Source of the DNA: Phoronis australis
Lineage: Eukaryota; Animalia; Phoronida
Direction: 5' to 3'
DNA length: 64,000 nucleotides
Assembly (NCBI GenBank): GCA_002633005.1
Contig: NMRA01000177.1
Coordinates: 1-64,000 of the forward strand
Part shown: piece by piece, positions 60,215 through 64,000 of the stretch
How the letters are laid out: every line of letters starts with the position of its first letter
Numbering within the stretch: the stretch's first letter is position 1
Translations under genes and position numbers: made by a program
Notes under the pieces: model-generated
What the model was told of the DNA's origin: nothing
Database searches by the model: none
What the model saw: the letters and a program-made list of their open reading frames with translations, nothing else

Positions 60215-63200
60215 GTGAGTATTAAGTCATAACTGTTGGCTGCTGAACCAGACTTCAGCCTGACCACACTGCTTGTGGTCAATCATCGTCGTTTAGTAAC
60301 TTTCATTCGAGGGATTTCATTTACGACGCTGCTGTGGGACAGTTGTCGGCTAGTAAACATCTGGTGACATCATAGATGACGTGTAAATAATACGATGGAA
60401 AACAACTACACTTATCACTTGAGCACAACATGTTTTGGTATGAGTACAATTATGGAACCGTCATACAAAAATAAAAAAAGAAAGAGAACCTCAGAATGCA
60501 TCAAGTGAATAGCGATTTTTTGCAAACCTTGAGACACGCACCATCTGATCATGCTGAAGTTAAATCTCCCCACCCAAAACACAAGTAAGAAATCAGCTTA
60601 CGCGTCTCCAAATTGTAAGTTATGTTACCGGATGGTTAAAAGCCACCAACCATCCCAGAATGCATTTGAAAGACGACAACAGCCCCGTAGATGTTATCCA
60701 TCAAATTGGCAGCCTTGTGATGATTGAACAGGAAACGATTGATTTGATTTCTCTTCAATTTTCAAGAAGGATTTCGATTAAATCTCTAAAATTTTATTGC
60801 TATTGACGTATCATGTAACGTCTTCAATTTAAGGCCATTCTCCACTGATTTCGCTTGAAACGATATATCTTCTGAGAGTCGGGGTATGCCGAATGAACTG
60901 AACATACAGACTCCATAGTTGACAGTTGTGCGAAATGGACCGCGACACCAAGTCTCGCCAAATGCCCCTTAACAAAATGCGGCCTTGAGGTTGCCATAGT
61001 GATCCTATTTTTGAATTAAATTACTTTACTCCGTTCCTGTGTAAGAGTACATTATCCCATCATTGGTGAAACACTCTTTTGAACATACGATTATGTGACA
61101 CAATGGTCACCCAAGTCACCCCTTTTACCTCATATTTGCAACAGCATGAGAAATCCCATATTCAAATGGTTGTTTTAGGTGGTGAATACACAATGCTCAG
61201 ACCTCATTAACACAGTTTAAGAGGTGTGATGACTAGAATTAATGACTGGGCTTAAGCTTGATATTTTCTATAGTGCAAAACTGATAGCGTGCGAAATAGA
61301 CGAGGGAAGAAATTTCCAACCGGTAGCCTTATGTGAGGGATGATATATTTTATTCATGGGTGGTGTTTGTTGTGCGAAATAAGTGAAGAATTACCGTACA
61401 TTTTTAGCTTTGAATATCGCCAAATATGTTGCTCTAACACTAAGTTTCTTTGTTCGCACAATACAGGTCGCAATTTTTGTGGGATCCGTGTGATATGTAC
61501 ACACGACCTGTAGTTCGGAAAGGGCTGCAAGCCTATTGTTTTTCGTCAGGATAGGATTCACGATGGCAGACGTGGTGGCCAGTTTGTTTTCGAATTCAGA
61601 TTCAAATGCTCATTTACTTTGTAAACGATTTTTAGTCATACTTATATTTTTGTCTTAACGGTGATGGTATCCATACGCTCTCTTCACCAAGCTCGTAATA
61701 AAAGTGCTCGTCTTTTTGCACTTGCAGGACTTTTTTGTGTTTAAAATCACCAATTTCATGTCAAAAGCATCAAAAAAACCGACCTCAACATTGATCAGCT
61801 GTCAAATTAGAATACTCACAAACCCTATCTGGCGATATCTTGATTGGATGATCTCTAGCTGCGGAGTATTTATTGGTCTATGCATAGTACGTAAAATCGA
61901 GATAGCCAATCATGGCGCTAGTCATCCTCCATTGTGTTTTGTATGATATTGTTGCTCGTTTTCCCGTGTTTTATGGTATAATACACAATAGCAAGGCATT
62001 GTGTTTGTGGTGGTTGTGTTGACAGTGCTGAGGCTCTTTTCACTTTCTCGCGGAACATCGGAGAAGCGCGGTACGGGATAATTTTGTAGTTGCGTGTCGA
62101 CATTCACGACACACCGGGCTTGCAACGTTTGTATGTCGTACTCGTATCCTTTGAGCTAAAACACTTCAAACTGAAGTCAGTTTTCTTTTTATTTTTCTGT
62201 TTTTTGGGATATTGATTTCACCCTTGTGATATATGCTGTGCTATATAAGAAAGTATGATTAAGAAACTATGACACTGGTGATGTAGTCACTTGTCAAAAA
62301 TGGTGGTGCTAAGCACTTCAAAGTTCCTTTTCGATGAATTCAACCTAGGCCAAATAGACCTTTTCTTCCTCACACCGTGAGGGTTTGCTTAAAGCAAATT
62401 TTTGGGTGCAAATGTGTATTTTGTTCAATGTAAAATGTTCCAGAGAATCCAAGACTCTGGGGTAGGAATTAATTTAGGAATTACTTTAGTTCGAAGTAAC
62501 TTAGATGGTTAACGTTTTTTGTCTTGAATAATTGCACCTTTCTGTTCGTTAACCCCCCACTCTGAAGCATTAATCCTTGGGCATCTTTGTGAACTTTGAC
62601 CTTTTCATCTGTTGTTAGATTTATGTTTTACAATTTAACTGTCAGACCCTTATCAGATTAGCCTAAAGCATTAGATGCCTGGCATTAATAATGTAACTTG
62701 GCTAAGACCTGTGCCTCTTATGTGCCTAGTTAACTGAACTGCAATGTACTACAAGAGAATATTGATTAGTTAAGTTACCTTTTATCTGTTTTAAGTGATG
62801 GTGTTCTTTGGACTTGCTCCCGCGTCTAATTGTTGTGTTTTTCACCTGCAGTTTTAGTGTCCGTTAGTTGATTTTCAACCACCATTGTGCGTTACTCTGT
62901 CCATTTGGCATCCCGTGTCCACATACGTCGCTATTAATTTTCGTAAAAAACCTTGAGATTTTACCTTTACGGTGGTGCAGTGTTGAGTACAAGCATTCGC
63001 CGGTCGGTTTCTGCTCATTTTTAGTCCCTATTGCGTGATCTATATTATTGTAAGAATTGATAGTAGGAAGTTTGAAGTGTTAAATATTTACGGCAAGAGA
63101 ACTGTGTGTGTAGGTGTCTGGCGTCAGTCACTTATCAGTCACTTGCAGAGATTCGGAGTGAGACAGCAAAGTACAACTGCTCCCATCGGGACTTCTTAAT

Positions 63201-63625
63201 TTTCCGTTATACCTTGCTTTTACTATGTCTATTAGATATGGTTGTCAAGTTTTGAAAATTCTAAAAATTTTGGCTTCTTCAGTTAGAGATTTTTGGGTTT
63301 GCACTTGTTGCTTGTTGCCCTGAAGTTTGTATTGAATCTCAAATATTTTATGAGTGGAGAGGGTGACTCTCAAGCAAGAATGTTCATTGGGCTCTGACTT
63401 GGCCCTCTCCTTCAAGTGGCATTGTTTGATCAATATCATTTTGTTTATTGCCTATTTGTAAAGTAGAAGTGTTGAATTTCTACCTATTTCCCTTCGCCCT
63501 GCTAATTATAGAAGCATGTTCACTTTTTATATAATTTTTTTAATTTCAATTGAGAGAAAAATTCTTCTGTCAAAAGTTGGTCTCAAGCGTGCATCTGAAC
63601 AGACATGCAGCATCCAAGGCCAACA

Positions 63626-63674
63626 TCTATCTCACAAACGGGTGACAACTTTTGTCACCCGTTTGTGAGATAGA
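63626..63674. repeat. Perfect 23-bp inverted repeat with 3-nt loop
   Basis: TCTATCTCACAAACGGGTGACAA-CTT-TTGTCACCCGTTTGTGAGATAGA. Confidence 0.9.
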
Positions 63675-64000
63675 GCAAGTTGCGCCCGATCATTTTGATC
63701 CGTGTCAACTATACGTCCTAACGCGAAACTGGGGCAAGGCGAAAGGGATCATCTCTGTCGCGCTTGCACAAAAACGGACATACATACAGGTGATCATTTT
63801 CGTGCATTTCTACGATTTGCCAGTCACCCTGACCATCATTTATTTTGTCAGAAATTGTCAGAATATTACATGTCACGAATTACGTACACAGGGGCGGGGA
63901 ATTAGAAACACCATAACAATAACAAAAACAACAACAACAACAATGAATTGTGATTCCTGCAGTTTGCAACTTTGCACATGTGCACTTCACATTCCTACCT

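Overview
AT-rich, intron-rich animal genomic DNA, probably invertebrate; not prokaryotic. Three recognisable genes: (1) an intronless TMEM53/DUF829-like alpha/beta-hydrolase-fold ORF (+, 4247-5113); (2) a complete 21-coding-exon CEP120 gene (-, 52417-25569, 1014 aa when spliced by hand with consistent phases); (3) the first two coding exons of casein kinase I gamma (+, from 53532), head-to-head with CEP120 as in human CEP120/CSNK1G3. The most interesting signal lies downstream of CEP120 on the same strand. A chain of phase-compatible exons (22895 to 10366) encodes over 1300 aa of Lys/Arg/Ser-rich low-complexity protein, including one 2.8-kb exon. Its last exon is a diverged copy of the CEP120 C-terminal motif (13/34 identities by eye). 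I found no start codon for the chain, and its first micro-exon is in phase with CEP120 exon 20. It is therefore either a giant alternative-last-exon CEP120 isoform (about 2370 aa) or a CEP120-derived neighbouring gene. Also present: a 1.68-kb tandem duplication of CEP120 exons 18-19 joined at a single N (probably an assembly artefact), duplicated splice donors, a 32-bp minisatellite and several non-autonomous DNA transposons. All splice models are manual inferences without RNA evidence.
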